A DNA stretch of 64,000 nucleotides from an uncultured Clostridia bacterium (GCA_934169725.1 CAKPOF010000002.1:73986-137985), one strand, 5' to 3'; counted from the stretch's first letter, positions 50,807 through 61,151 are shown. Translations and numbers: made by a program. Notes: generated by a model not told the origin, from the sequence alone.

Positions 50807-52066
50807 TTGAAAAAAGTCATAGTAATAGGTGGAGGACCAGCTGGTATGATATCAGCAATTACAGCAAAAGAAAATGGAAATGATGTATGTTTAATTGAAA
50901 AGAATAATCAATTAGGTAAAAAACTATTAATCACAGGAAAAGGAAGATGTAATATAACATCATCATTAGATATTAATGATTTTATAAAAAATACTCCTGG
51001 AAATGGTATGTTTTTATATAGTGCATATCAACAATATACTAATAAAGATATTATAGAATTTTTACAAAAACAAGGATTAGAAGTAAAAGAAGAAAGAGGA
51101 AATAGGATATTTCCATGTACAGACAAATCTGTAGACGTTTTAAAATGTTTTACTAAAAAGATGAAAGAACTAGATATAGAGATAAAATATAATGAAAGAG
51201 TTATAGAAATTTTAACACAAGATATAAATGGAGAAATAAAAGCAATAGGAGTAAGAACCAATAAAGAAACCATAAAGGCAGATAAAATTATTTTGGCTAC
51301 AGGAGGAAAAAGTTATCCTTTAACTGGTTCAACAGGGGATGGCTATAAAATGGTTGAAAAATTAGGACATAAAGTAACAGAAATAAATCCATCGTTAGTT
51401 CCATTAGAGTCTTATGAAAAAAATGAATGTAAAGAATTGCAAGGATTAAGTTTAAAAAATGTAAAAATAGAATTAATTGACACAAGAAAAAACAAAAAAA
51501 TATATGAAGATTTTGGTGAAATGATATTTACACATTATGGAGTTTCAGGTCCTACAATTTTAAGTGCATCTGCACATTTAGTTAGATATAAAAATATAAA
51601 GCAATTATTTAATGAAAAAAATATAATATTAAAAATAGATTTAAAGCCAGCATTAGATGTAAAAAAATTAAATGATAGAATTTTAAGAGATTTTGAAACA
51701 GTAAAAAATAAACAATTTAAAAATAGTCTTGATAGATTACTACCACAAAAATTAATTCCAGTAGTGATAAAAAGAAGTGGAATTGATCCAAACAAAAAGG
51801 TAAATGAAATAACAAAAAAAGAAAGAGAAAAATTAGTATTAGAAATGAAAGAGTTTAAGATATTAATAAAAGAATTTAGGCCGATAGAAGAAGCAATAGT
51901 AACAAGTGGAGGAATAAATATAAAAGAAATTAATCCGAAAACAATGGAATCAAAAAAAATAAAAGGATTGTATTTTGCTGGAGAAATTATAGATGTAGAT
52001 AGTTACACAGGAGGATTTAATCTACAAATAGCATATTCAACAGGATATGTAGCTGGATTAAATTAA
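50807..52066 (+). CDS. NAD(P)/FAD-dependent oxidoreductase of the HI0933/YhiN/BaiN family
   Basis: VIVIGGGPAGMISA...GKGRCNITS...GEIIDVDSYTGGFNLQ. Confidence 0.85.
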   Translation: MKKVIVIGGGPAGMISAITAKENGNDVCLIEKNNQLGKKLLITGKGRCNITSSLDINDFIKNTPGNGMFLYSAYQQYTNKDIIEFLQKQGLEVKEERGNRIFPCTDKSVDVLKCFTKKMKELDIEIKYNERVIEILTQDINGEIKAIGVRTNKETIKADKIILATGGKSYPLTGSTGDGYKMVEKLGHKVTEINPSLVPLESYEKNECKELQGLSLKNVKIELIDTRKNKKIYEDFGEMIFTHYGVSGPTILSASAHLVRYKNIKQLFNEKNIILKIDLKPALDVKKLNDRILRDFETVKNKQFKNSLDRLLPQKLIPVVIKRSGIDPNKKVNEITKKEREKLVLEMKEFKILIKEFRPIEEAIVTSGGINIKEINPKTMESKKIKGLYFAGEIIDVDSYTGGFNLQIAYSTGYVAGLN

Positions 52067-52068
52067 AT

Positions 52069-52722
52069 ATGGAGAAAGATATGAATAGTTTTTTTACAAT
52101 AAAAAATAATTTAATAGGTGAATTAGTGGTTAAAAAATCAAAATTTATAACTAATATTATTAAAGTTTCATCTAAAGAAGAAGCAGAAGAGGAAATAAAA
52201 AAGATAAAAAAGAAATATTATGATGCAAGACATAATTGTATAGCGTATAGAATATTAGAAAATGAAAAGATAATAGAAAGATTTAGTGATGATGGGGAAC
52301 CATCAGGGACTGCAGGACAGCCATTACTAAATATATTAGAAAAAAATAATATGGTAAATGTATTAGTAATAGTTACAAGATATTTTGGTGGTATATTACT
52401 TGGTACAGGAGGTTTGGTAAGAGCATATTCAGAAAGTTTATTAAATATATTATCAAAAAGTGATATAGTAGAAATAAAAATAGGAATAGAATGTGAAGTA
52501 GAAATAGAGTATAGTCAATTGGAAAAATTTAAATATTACTGTAAAAATAATGACATTAATATAAAAGAATATAAATATACTGAAAAAATTGTATGTAAAA
52601 TAGAGATGGATGAAAACAAAAAAAGTAAAATATTAGAAGATTATAAATTAAAGAATATTAATTTATTGAATTTAAAGATTTTATCTAAAAAATACATAGA
52701 AAAAAGTATAGAAAAAAAGTAG
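52069..52722 (+). CDS. yigZ: YigZ/IMPACT-family protein
   Basis: ARHNCIAYR...DDGEPSGTAGQPLL...VTRYFGGILLGTGGLVRAY. Confidence 0.85.
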   Translation: MEKDMNSFFTIKNNLIGELVVKKSKFITNIIKVSSKEEAEEEIKKIKKKYYDARHNCIAYRILENEKIIERFSDDGEPSGTAGQPLLNILEKNNMVNVLVIVTRYFGGILLGTGGLVRAYSESLLNILSKSDIVEIKIGIECEVEIEYSQLEKFKYYCKNNDINIKEYKYTEKIVCKIEMDENKKSKILEDYKLKNINLLNLKILSKKYIEKSIEKK

Positions 52723-52831
52723 TTTTATAAAAAAAGGTGGAAAAAATTACCAATATGTATTGCATTTTATAAAGTAAAGGAATATAATTTGAATTGTAAA
52801 AAATTTACAATTTATTTTATAGGAGGAACAA

Positions 52832-53653
52832 ATGAAAGACAAAATTACAGTTTTAATAGCTGATGATAATCAAGAATTTAGTCAAACATTGGCATCATAC
52901 ATAGATTCACAAGATGATATGGAGGTTATAGCAAAAGCGAAAGATGGAACAGAAGTAATAGATATAATTACAAACACTATACCAGATATAATGTTATTAG
53001 ATGTAATAATGCCACATTTAGATGGTTTAGGAGTTTTGGAAAATATGAATAAAATAAAATTAGCAAAAAAACCAATTTGTATAATGCTATCTGCAGTAGG
53101 GCAAGACAAAGTAACACAAAGAGCAATAGAATTGGGTGCACAATATTATGTAGTAAAACCATTTGACATAGAAGTATTGATAAAAAGAATGAGGGAATTT
53201 AAATACTATAAACCATCACCACAAAATAATAATAATTTTATTACAAGAGAAACTAAACCACAGTATATTGATATTTCACCTGAAGATACTAATGTTGAAA
53301 AAAATTTAGAAGCATTGGTAACAAATATTATTCATGAGGTAGGTGTTCCAGCACATATAAAGGGATACCAATATTTAAGAGAAGCTATAATGATGGTGGT
53401 AAACGATATTGATGTAATAAATCAAATAACAAAAAGTTTATATCCACAAATAGCGCACAAATTTAGCACAACTCCAAGTCGCGTAGAAAGAGCAATAAGA
53501 CATGCTATTGAAGTAGCATGGGGACGTGGACAACAAGAAACAGTAGAAAAAATATTTGGATATACAATTTCAGCTTCAAAAGGAAAGCCAACCAACTCAG
53601 AATTTATAGCAATGATTGCTGATAAATTACGTTTAGAATTAAAGAGTGCATAG
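52832..53653 (+). CDS. spo0A: Stage 0 sporulation protein A (master regulator)
   Basis: Receiver domain (LIADDNQE...[11 protein letters not shown]) and the Spo0A-specific C-terminal domain [19 protein letters not shown]...[15 protein letters not shown]. Confidence 0.95.
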   Translation: MKDKITVLIADDNQEFSQTLASYIDSQDDMEVIAKAKDGTEVIDIITNTIPDIMLLDVIMPHLDGLGVLENMNKIKLAKKPICIMLSAVGQDKVTQRAIELGAQYYVVKPFDIEVLIKRMREFKYYKPSPQNNNNFITRETKPQYIDISPEDTNVEKNLEALVTNIIHEVGVPAHIKGYQYLREAIMMVVNDIDVINQITKSLYPQIAHKFSTTPSRVERAIRHAIEVAWGRGQQETVEKIFGYTISASKGKPTNSEFIAMIADKLRLELKSA

Positions 53654-54081
53654 AAATTGTGTGTAATCTTAGAGCACAAATCATTACACAAATAGTAAAA
53701 TATTTTCATTATACCGGCAGATTCATGAGTTTATGGCATTGAAACAATGTGGAAATAGGTAAAAAAACTACAAAATATTTTTGGAAGAAGGCAACTAACT
53801 TTTTTATTTTTGGGGTACGGTTGAAGGTAGAAATGACCTTTCGTTTATTGGATTTTTATTAAATCAAAAATTTAGTAAATGGGAGGTTATTTTTTATAAA
53901 TTAAATGGAATTCATATAGCAAATAGGAGATTGAATAAAGATGGCAGTTATTCAGGTGTAGAATATTATAGTAAAACAAAATAATTGTACATTTTTAGTC
54001 TGTTCGGTTAAATAATACATAAAAATGTTGTAATATAATATCAACCTTAATATATATGATTTCACATCCAATATTGATAGT

Positions 54082-54456
54082 GTGTATGGAGAAGGGAATT
54101 TTCAAACTTTATTAAAAACACTAAAATCATATTTGGAATATAATTTTGATTTTGTAACTATTGATAATAATAGTAAAAAATGGTCAAAACTAAATATTTC
54201 AGGAGTTAAAGCTATATATAATAATGAGTATGGTCAAGCAATATCATCAACAAATCCTAAATATGGTATTCTTATGTTAAAAGAAGATAAAACAGTTTCA
54301 TATATTCCTATAGATAGTCTAATTGAAGAAAAAGTTGAAACAATGGAATTAAATGTTGAAGATATTACAAGTATAGATATAGAAGAAGATATGGGATTAA
54401 TAACTAAATTAGTTGATGTTAATGGAAAAAAAGATGTTAATAATTATATAAAATAG
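54082..54456 (+). CDS. Hypothetical protein
   Basis: ORF only. Confidence 0.35.
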   Translation: MYGEGNFQTLLKTLKSYLEYNFDFVTIDNNSKKWSKLNISGVKAIYNNEYGQAISSTNPKYGILMLKEDKTVSYIPIDSLIEEKVETMELNVEDITSIDIEEDMGLITKLVDVNGKKDVNNYIK

Positions 54457-54596
54457 AAATACAAATACAATGTAAACTCTTGTTGAGGACTGGTTAAAAC
54501 CAGTCCTCAATATTTTCTAATAAAAATTAATTTTTGGTTTAAATTTTACAAATCTGGAAATACTTAAAACAAATACATAATAATGAGGAGGTACAA

Positions 54597-54920
54597 ATGG
54601 ATAAAATTGATATGAAAAATACTATAGTATTAAAAGATTTACCATCTAACATTATAAAAGAGGCATATGTTGTATTAAAATCTAATAAGGATGTAAAACA
54701 AATTCAAAAAAAGGAGAAAAATAATAAGAAAAAATCAAAAAATAAACAAGAATATATTGTAAAAGAAGCAGAATTGATAGTTTTAGATTTTATAAATGAA
54801 TTTGAAAAATCAGAAAATGATGTTATACTAAATTCTAAAATTAATCAAAAATTAAAAAGATATATGTATATTGCAAGTATAATAATGATTATACAGTTTA
54901 TACTATTAGTTATAAAATAG
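54597..54920 (+). CDS. Hypothetical tail-anchored small protein
   Basis: ORF with RBS gaggag; C-terminal TM. Confidence 0.4.
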   Translation: MDKIDMKNTIVLKDLPSNIIKEAYVVLKSNKDVKQIQKKEKNNKKKSKNKQEYIVKEAELIVLDFINEFEKSENDVILNSKINQKLKRYMYIASIIMIIQFILLVIK

Positions 54921-54981
54921 TTATAAAAAACCTTTTCCCAACATATAGTTTAATATGTAACCACGGAAGAGGTGTTTTTTT

Positions 54982-55866
54982 ATGGAAAGAATTATGACTG
55001 TAGAAGAAAGAATTAGACGAGCAGAAGAAAGATATGAACAGAAAAAAAGAAATGAAGGAATGGGAATATCAACTGTCAAAAAAGAAGTTGAAAAAGATAA
55101 AAAAGATTTAAAATTATTAAAAAAAATGGTAATTCAATTAATTATATGTACATTAATTTATTTAGTAGTTTATACTATTCAAAATAATGAATATATTTTT
55201 TCACAGGATTTTATAAATAAAGTAAATGAGATAATATCATATGATATTAATTTTAAAAATATATATGAACAGATAAAAGAGAAAATGAAAAATAGTTCAG
55301 AAAATAAAGATAATGGTGAAAATTCAGATTGTAATCAAGAAAATAATTTAAACGAAGAAAACCAGAATGGTATAGGTGGAGCACAGGAAAATATAGAAGA
55401 AAATAAGGAAGAAAATGAGCAGAGTAACCAGAATGAAAATTTATCAGAAGAGGAACAAGAAATATTAAAAATAAAAAATACAGCAAATTTTATTAAGCCA
55501 ATAGATGGAACAATAAGTTCAAGTTATGGTTTAAGAGAAAATGCAACAGGAAGAGTACCTAAAAATCATACTGGTGTAGATATAGCTGCAGTAACAGGAA
55601 CAAAAATAAAAGCAACAACTGATGGAGAGGTAGTAATGGTATCTGAAGAGGGGGATTATGGAAAACACATAAAAATGCAAATAGGTGAAGTAAGTGTAAT
55701 TTATGCACATTGTAATAATATATATGTAAAAGAAGGAGACAAAATAACACAAGGACAAGAAATAGCAGAAGTTGGAAGTACTGGCAATTCAACAGGTCCA
55801 CATTTACATTTTGAAATACGAATATCAGAAAAAACAGTAGATCCTCAAAAGATAGTTGAATTATAA
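54982..55866 (+). CDS. M23 (LytM-domain) peptidase in the SpoIVFA position
   Basis: N-terminal TM, low-complexity N/E-rich linker; HTGVDIAA...GDYGKHIKM...GSTGNSTGPHLHFEI catalytic motifs; overlaps spoIVFB. Confidence 0.75.
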   Translation: MERIMTVEERIRRAEERYEQKKRNEGMGISTVKKEVEKDKKDLKLLKKMVIQLIICTLIYLVVYTIQNNEYIFSQDFINKVNEIISYDINFKNIYEQIKEKMKNSSENKDNGENSDCNQENNLNEENQNGIGGAQENIEENKEENEQSNQNENLSEEEQEILKIKNTANFIKPIDGTISSSYGLRENATGRVPKNHTGVDIAAVTGTKIKATTDGEVVMVSEEGDYGKHIKMQIGEVSVIYAHCNNIYVKEGDKITQGQEIAEVGSTGNSTGPHLHFEIRISEKTVDPQKIVEL

Positions 55867-56566
55867 ACTATTAAGGAGTGAAAAAATGAAATTCAAGATA
55901 GATCTGAAAATTTTTTTATTAATCATTTTATTTTTATGCACAAATCAAATAAAAATATATGGAATGATGATGTTATTTGCAATTATACATGAGTTAGGTC
56001 ATTTAATAGCAGGAATAATATTAAAAATGAAGCCTAATCAATTAAAGATAAATCCATTGGGAATCTCCATAGAATTTGATATTAAAAATAGAGATTATAA
56101 TATAAAAATTCAAAAAGCAAATTTATTGGAAATAAAGAAAATTATTGTTGCATTGGCTGGACCATTAACTAATTTTATAATTATTTTAATTTTAAGATAT
56201 ATAAATATATTTTCTGAATATGATAAACTTATAATGACATATTCAAATGCTTTATTAATAGTATTTAATATTTTGCCGATATATCCTTTAGATGGAGGCA
56301 GAGTTTTAAAAAGTTTAATATATATTTATAAAGGAAAGCATTTAGCGGAAGAATATACATATAATACATCATATATAATATTAATATTGTTAACAGCAAT
56401 AAGTAGTGTAACTGTGTTATGGTTAAAAAATATATCAGTATTTTTTATAATAATATTTTTATGGGGATTACAAATAAAAGAAAGTATAAAATATAAAAAT
56501 AGAAAGAAACTGTATGAACTTATAAAATATGAAACAGAGAGTTACAATTCACAGCTTATAAAATAA
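55856..56566 (+). CDS. spoIVFB: SpoIVFB-type site-2 protease (M50, pro-sigma-K processing)
   Basis: HELGH zinc motif and NILPIYPLDGG. Confidence 0.8.
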   Translation: MNYKLLRSEKMKFKIDLKIFLLIILFLCTNQIKIYGMMMLFAIIHELGHLIAGIILKMKPNQLKINPLGISIEFDIKNRDYNIKIQKANLLEIKKIIVALAGPLTNFIIILILRYINIFSEYDKLIMTYSNALLIVFNILPIYPLDGGRVLKSLIYIYKGKHLAEEYTYNTSYIILILLTAISSVTVLWLKNISVFFIIIFLWGLQIKESIKYKNRKKLYELIKYETESYNSQLIK

Positions 56567-56608
56567 ACTATTATTAAATTTGTATAATAAAAAAAATAAA
56601 TCGTTTTT

Positions 56609-56754
56609 AAATTTAATAATATATTGTTTTTTTCATACCTTGGTGTCGCAAACCACATATAAAAATTACTAGTATGTAGTTTGCTCCAAATCGCACTCAC
56701 TATCGTTTGTTTGATCGCTTACGCAGTATTTCAAAAAAATATATTATTAAATTT
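56609..56754 (+). repeat. Intergenic repeat element, copy 6 (full, with TIRs)
   Basis: TIR aaatttaataatatattgttttttt / caaaaaaatatattattaaattt; core cataccttggtgtcgc; hairpin caaaccacatat..atgtagtttg; tccaaatcgcactcactatcgtttgtttgatcgcttacgcagtat. Confidence 0.85.
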
Positions 56755-56886
56755 TTATAAGTTAAATATTTTAAGTTGGAAATTGTAATAACAGAGAAAT
56801 TTGGTGAGAAAAAACTAAAAATTCCTATTGAAAATAAAACAAATTAATAGTAAACTATTACTAAAGAAAAAGTGGAGGGAATGCAA

Positions 56887-58296
56887 ATGATAAAAAAAGA
56901 AAATGGAGTAACTTTAATTGCATTAACTATAGCTGTTATAATAATATTAACTTTAACTGGCATGATAGTGTATTCGGCTAAAGATAGTGTTTATATAAAA
57001 AATTTAACCAATATGAAAAATGATATTTCTAATTTAAGAGATAAAGTATCATCATATTATTCAGAATATGGAAAAATACCAGCAACAACTGAATATACAG
57101 ATGTGAGTAATTTGCAATCAGCTGATATTTTGGGTGAAAATGATACAGGAAAGTTTTTGGTTATTGAATTAAAATATTTAGATGGATTAACATTAAATTA
57201 TGGAAAAGATTATGAAAAATATAAAGCAGGAGAATATAGCAATATAACGGATTTAACAGATATATATGTAATAAATGAAAATAGTAATAATATATTTTAT
57301 ATAGAAGGAATACGAGTTAGAGAAAATGGACAAACTAAAATGTATTATACAGATTATACAAATGGAGATTCAGAAAAAGTTAATTTAAAACAAGTTTCAG
57401 ATTGGCATGAGGATATCAATGAAAGTGGAGAAAAAATAATAACTAATGGTGTGACCGAAATGAAAATAGGTGATTATATCAATTATAATCCAAAGGGTGA
57501 AGCCAAATATAAGACATATACTTCAAATGAGAGTGTAAATGGATACCAAGATCAAACATTTGAATTAGACAGTTATACTAGTGGATGGAGAATTTTGGGA
57601 TTTGATGAAGAAAAAAATGAGATATTACTTGTATCAGCTGATTCTATAGGACCTGATATAGGAGGAGAAAAAGGAAGCGGAATAGACGAAAATGATAGTA
57701 GTTGCTTTGTATTAAAATCAGAGGAAGGATATGCTAATGGAATAAAGGAATTAGACAATATAAGTAAAATGTATGGGCAAGGGAAAGGTGCTGATTCCGC
57801 TAGAAGTATAACAATAAATGATGTAAATAAATTAACAGGATATGATCCAGAAACTTCCAATTATGGAGCAGGACAAAAATATGCTTATGGTAATGAAATG
57901 ACATATAGTGGATTATCAAAATACTATGATGAAAAAAATGATGAGTGGAAAAGACTTGATACAAATGAACCAATAACTATAAAATCAAATTATTATACAT
58001 ATAGTATAAATGATAAAATATTAAGTGATAGTATAGAAGCAGATTTGTTAAATGTAAAAAGAAAAACATATTGGACTAAAGATAGATTTGCATATACAAT
58101 GGACAATGGATGTTATTTTGGAATAAGATGTGTATATAAAAATTCAACATATGGAATGGAATATGGAGGACTATATTCGACATTTGGAAATAAAGGACAG
58201 TTAAGTTATGGAGTTAGACCAGTAGTTTCATTAAAATCTAATGTAGTTGTTTTACAAAAAGATGGAACATCAGAAAATCCACATGAAATACAATAA
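56887..58296 (+). CDS. Prepilin-like N-terminal protein, paralogue of 4464-5810, with an uncharacterised C-terminal domain
   Basis: MIKKENGVTLIALTIAVIIILTLTG (same N-terminal pattern, Ala at +5); C-terminal ...GCYFGIRCVYKN...SYGVRPVVSL may be a degenerate GFR-type motif. Confidence 0.6.
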   Translation: MIKKENGVTLIALTIAVIIILTLTGMIVYSAKDSVYIKNLTNMKNDISNLRDKVSSYYSEYGKIPATTEYTDVSNLQSADILGENDTGKFLVIELKYLDGLTLNYGKDYEKYKAGEYSNITDLTDIYVINENSNNIFYIEGIRVRENGQTKMYYTDYTNGDSEKVNLKQVSDWHEDINESGEKIITNGVTEMKIGDYINYNPKGEAKYKTYTSNESVNGYQDQTFELDSYTSGWRILGFDEEKNEILLVSADSIGPDIGGEKGSGIDENDSSCFVLKSEEGYANGIKELDNISKMYGQGKGADSARSITINDVNKLTGYDPETSNYGAGQKYAYGNEMTYSGLSKYYDEKNDEWKRLDTNEPITIKSNYYTYSINDKILSDSIEADLLNVKRKTYWTKDRFAYTMDNGCYFGIRCVYKNSTYGMEYGGLYSTFGNKGQLSYGVRPVVSLKSNVVVLQKDGTSENPHEIQ

Positions 58297-58308
58297 AATA
58301 ATTTTTGT

Positions 58309-58345
58309 GAGAGTTCAAAATCAGTATAATGAACTCTCTAAAATT
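58309..58345 (+). terminator. Rho-independent terminator after the pilin-like gene
   Basis: gagagttca...tgaactctc followed by a T-rich run. Confidence 0.6.
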
Positions 58346-58475
58346 TTGCTTAAAATAAAAAATAAAAATATCAATTGTAATAAAAGCTTAGGGAAATAAA
58401 GCATAAGACTATTAAAAATGTGTAATGAAATTGTAATATTTTGGCAATATTTTTGTAATTTTAACACTAAATTGA

Positions 58476-58504
58476 TTGACTTTTAATGTATTTCGTTATA
58501 TTAT
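58476..58504 (+). promoter_or_regulatory. Sigma-A-type promoter upstream of minD
   Basis: TTGACT, a 17-nt spacer, then TATTAT. Confidence 0.45.
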
Positions 58505-58549
58505 ATAAACATCAAAAATATGTGTTTTTAAATCCTAAGGAGGAGAATT

Positions 58550-59344
58550 ATGGGAGAAGTAATTGTTATAACATCAGGAAAAGGTGGAGTAGGAAAAACA
58601 ACTACAACAGCAAATTTGGGGTCAAGTTTAGCTTTAGAAGGAAAAAAAGTAGCATTAATAGATACAGATATAGGATTACGTAATTTAGATGTCGTAATGG
58701 GATTAGAAAATAGAATTGTATATGATATTGTAGATGTTGTAGAAGGAAAATGTAAATTAAGACAAGCATTAATAAAAGATAAAAGATTTAAAGAATTATA
58801 CCTATTACCAGCAGCACAAACAAGAGATAAAAGTGCAGTAAATGAAGAACAAATGAAAGATTTAGTGGGTAAATTAAAAGAAGAATTCGATTATATATTG
58901 ATTGACTGTCCAGCAGGTATAGAACAAGGCTTTAAAAATGCTATTGCAGGTGCAGATAGAGCAATAGTAGTTACAACAGCAGAAATCTCGGCAATAAGAG
59001 ATGCAGATAGAATAATAGGTCTTTTGGAATCATCAGAAATAAAAAATCCAGAATTGGTAATAAATAGGATAAGAACAAACATGGTAAGAAGAGGAGAAAT
59101 GATGGATGTTGATGATATAGTAGATTTATTATCAATAGATTTAATAGGTGTAGTACCAGATGATGAATATATAATAACTCAAACCAATAAAGGTGAACCA
59201 GTAATACAAAATAGAAAAGCACCATCAGGAAAAGCATATATAGAGATTGCAAAGAGAGTCCTAGGAGAAAATATAGAAGTTACAATACCAGGTAGAGAAA
59301 AAGGCTTTTTTGCAAGACTAAAAAGATTATTTAGTAGAAGATAA
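58550..59344 (+). CDS. minD: Septum site-determining ATPase MinD
   Basis: ITSGKGGVGKTTTTANLG deviant Walker A; full-length MinD similarity. Confidence 0.95.
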   Translation: MGEVIVITSGKGGVGKTTTTANLGSSLALEGKKVALIDTDIGLRNLDVVMGLENRIVYDIVDVVEGKCKLRQALIKDKRFKELYLLPAAQTRDKSAVNEEQMKDLVGKLKEEFDYILIDCPAGIEQGFKNAIAGADRAIVVTTAEISAIRDADRIIGLLESSEIKNPELVINRIRTNMVRRGEMMDVDDIVDLLSIDLIGVVPDDEYIITQTNKGEPVIQNRKAPSGKAYIEIAKRVLGENIEVTIPGREKGFFARLKRLFSRR

Positions 59345-59376
59345 CAATAGAACAAAAGTTGGAGGGAAATTTAATA

Positions 59377-60018
59377 ATGTTTGAAAACATAATAAAATTC
59401 TTTAATAAATTTATAAAAAAAGAAGAAAAAGAGGTACCAAATTCAAAAGATGCTGCAAAAGAAAGATTACATTTAGTTTTAATGCAAGATAGAGCTAATG
59501 TTTCTGCAGACTTTTTAGAATTGATGAAACAGGAAATCATAGAAGTTATAAAAAAATATATAGATGTAGATGAAAGAGCAATAGATGTTAGATTAACAAA
59601 TAAGGAAAATGAAGATGGAACAAATGGAGCTCCAGCATTATATGCTAATATTCCTATTTTAAATATAAAAAATGAAGCAAGAAAAGTAGATAAAGTAGAA
59701 AACAAAGAAGAAATAAAAGAAACAAAAAAAGAAGAACAAAAAGAAAAGTTAGAAGATAGTACAGAAAATAAAGAGCCACAAGAAGAAAAGGAAGAAAAAG
59801 AAACTGAAAAACAACAAGAAGAAAAAAGTAAAGAGCAAAATGAAGATGTAATAAATGAAGAGTCAAAAAAAGAAGTAAAAGATGACAAAGAAGAAATAAA
59901 AGTTGAAGAATTAAATGAAAATGAAGAAGAAACTAAAAAAGCTGATGAAGACAAAGAAGAAAAAATTGTAAAACAAAAGAGCAAAAGAGGAAGAACTAAA
60001 AAAGTTAAATCAAAATAA
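59377..60018 (+). CDS. minE: MinE topological specificity factor with a C-terminal extension of about 125 aa rich in K/E
   Basis: MFENIIKFFNKFIKK...AKERLHLVLMQDR...VDVRLTNKENEDG is a MinE core, then a low-complexity KEE-rich tail to 213 aa. Confidence 0.75.
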   Translation: MFENIIKFFNKFIKKEEKEVPNSKDAAKERLHLVLMQDRANVSADFLELMKQEIIEVIKKYIDVDERAIDVRLTNKENEDGTNGAPALYANIPILNIKNEARKVDKVENKEEIKETKKEEQKEKLEDSTENKEPQEEKEEKETEKQQEEKSKEQNEDVINEESKKEVKDDKEEIKVEELNENEEETKKADEDKEEKIVKQKSKRGRTKKVKSK

Positions 60019-60044
60019 AAATAAAATAGAAAAAGAGTGGTTTA

Positions 60045-61151
60045 ATGAGAAAAAGAGATTTAAAAAATATGGAATGGGGAATTTTGATAGTTGCAATTAT
60101 TCTATGTGTAATAGGAATGATTGCATTATTTTCAGCAACTCAAGAAACAGAACATGATGAATTTACAAAACAAATAATATGGTTTGTTGTTAGTATAATA
60201 TTTATGGTGGTCATAATGTTTATAGATTATAATGTATTGTTAAAAGCATCACCTGTATTGTATGGAATGTGTTTACTATTGTTAATTGCCGTATTATTTA
60301 CAACACCAATAAATGGAGCAACAAGCTGGTTTAATATTGGTGCGTTTTCTTTTCAACCAGGGGAATTTGCAAAAGTTTTTGTAATACTGTTTTTGGCATA
60401 TACTGTTGTAAAAATACAAAGAAAAGGACAAAATGAAATAAATAAAATAACAAAATTATTTCTTGCTTTAGCAGTAGTTGGGATACCTGTTTTATTACTT
60501 GTAATGCAACCGGACTATGGAACATCATTAGCATTTATAGTTGCAATAGGATTGATATTGTTAGCAGCAGGGTTAGATAGAAAATATATTATAGGAACAA
60601 TTTTAATAGTAGTAATAAGTGTACCATTATTATATAATTTTGTATTACCAGAACATGCAAAATCAAGAATAGATGTATTTTTAAATCCTGAATCAGATCC
60701 TAGAGGAGCAGGATATAATATAATTCAATCAAAACTAGCAATAGGAGCAGGAGGACTAACAGGGATGGGAATCTTAAAAGGAAATCAAACACAATTAGGA
60801 TTTTTATACCCTAAAACTACAGACTTTATATATTCTGTTATAGGAGAAGAAATGGGATTTATAGTAGCAGGAGGAATTATTCTTCTATATATATATTTAA
60901 TAACTAAATGTATATATATTGTAAAAACAGCTAAAGATAGAGCTGGCTCACTAATAGCAATAGGAATTACAGGAATATTTTTATTTCATGTAATAGAAAA
61001 TATTGGAATGGTTATGGGATTATTGCCAATAACAGGTGTACCGTTACCATTTATAAGCTATGGAGGAAGTTCTTTAATAACAAATTTTATGTGTATAGGA
61101 TTATTATTAAATATTAGTGGAAAAAGACAAAAAACAATATTTGTTCAATAA
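60045..61151 (+). CDS. rodA: SEDS-family peptidoglycan glycosyltransferase RodA (FtsW/RodA/SpoVE)
   Basis: 10 TM; conserved SEDS motifs; located after minDE. Confidence 0.85.
   Translation: MRKRDLKNMEWGILIVAIILCVIGMIALFSATQETEHDEFTKQIIWFVVSIIFMVVIMFIDYNVLLKASPVLYGMCLLLLIAVLFTTPINGATSWFNIGAFSFQPGEFAKVFVILFLAYTVVKIQRKGQNEINKITKLFLALAVVGIPVLLLVMQPDYGTSLAFIVAIGLILLAAGLDRKYIIGTILIVVISVPLLYNFVLPEHAKSRIDVFLNPESDPRGAGYNIIQSKLAIGAGGLTGMGILKGNQTQLGFLYPKTTDFIYSVIGEEMGFIVAGGIILLYIYLITKCIYIVKTAKDRAGSLIAIGITGIFLFHVIENIGMVMGLLPITGVPLPFISYGGSSLITNFMCIGLLLNISGKRQKTIFVQ

Noticed and set aside
53696-54081. Slightly GC-richer intergenic stretch after spo0A as a possible sRNA
   Set aside because: No convincing promoter-plus-terminator pair or conserved structure was visible. 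It is left unannotated.
59331-59984. 217-aa minus-strand ORF opposite minE
   Set aside because: It is the antisense reflection of the purine-rich KEE-coding repeat. It is S/F-rich low complexity with no RBS.
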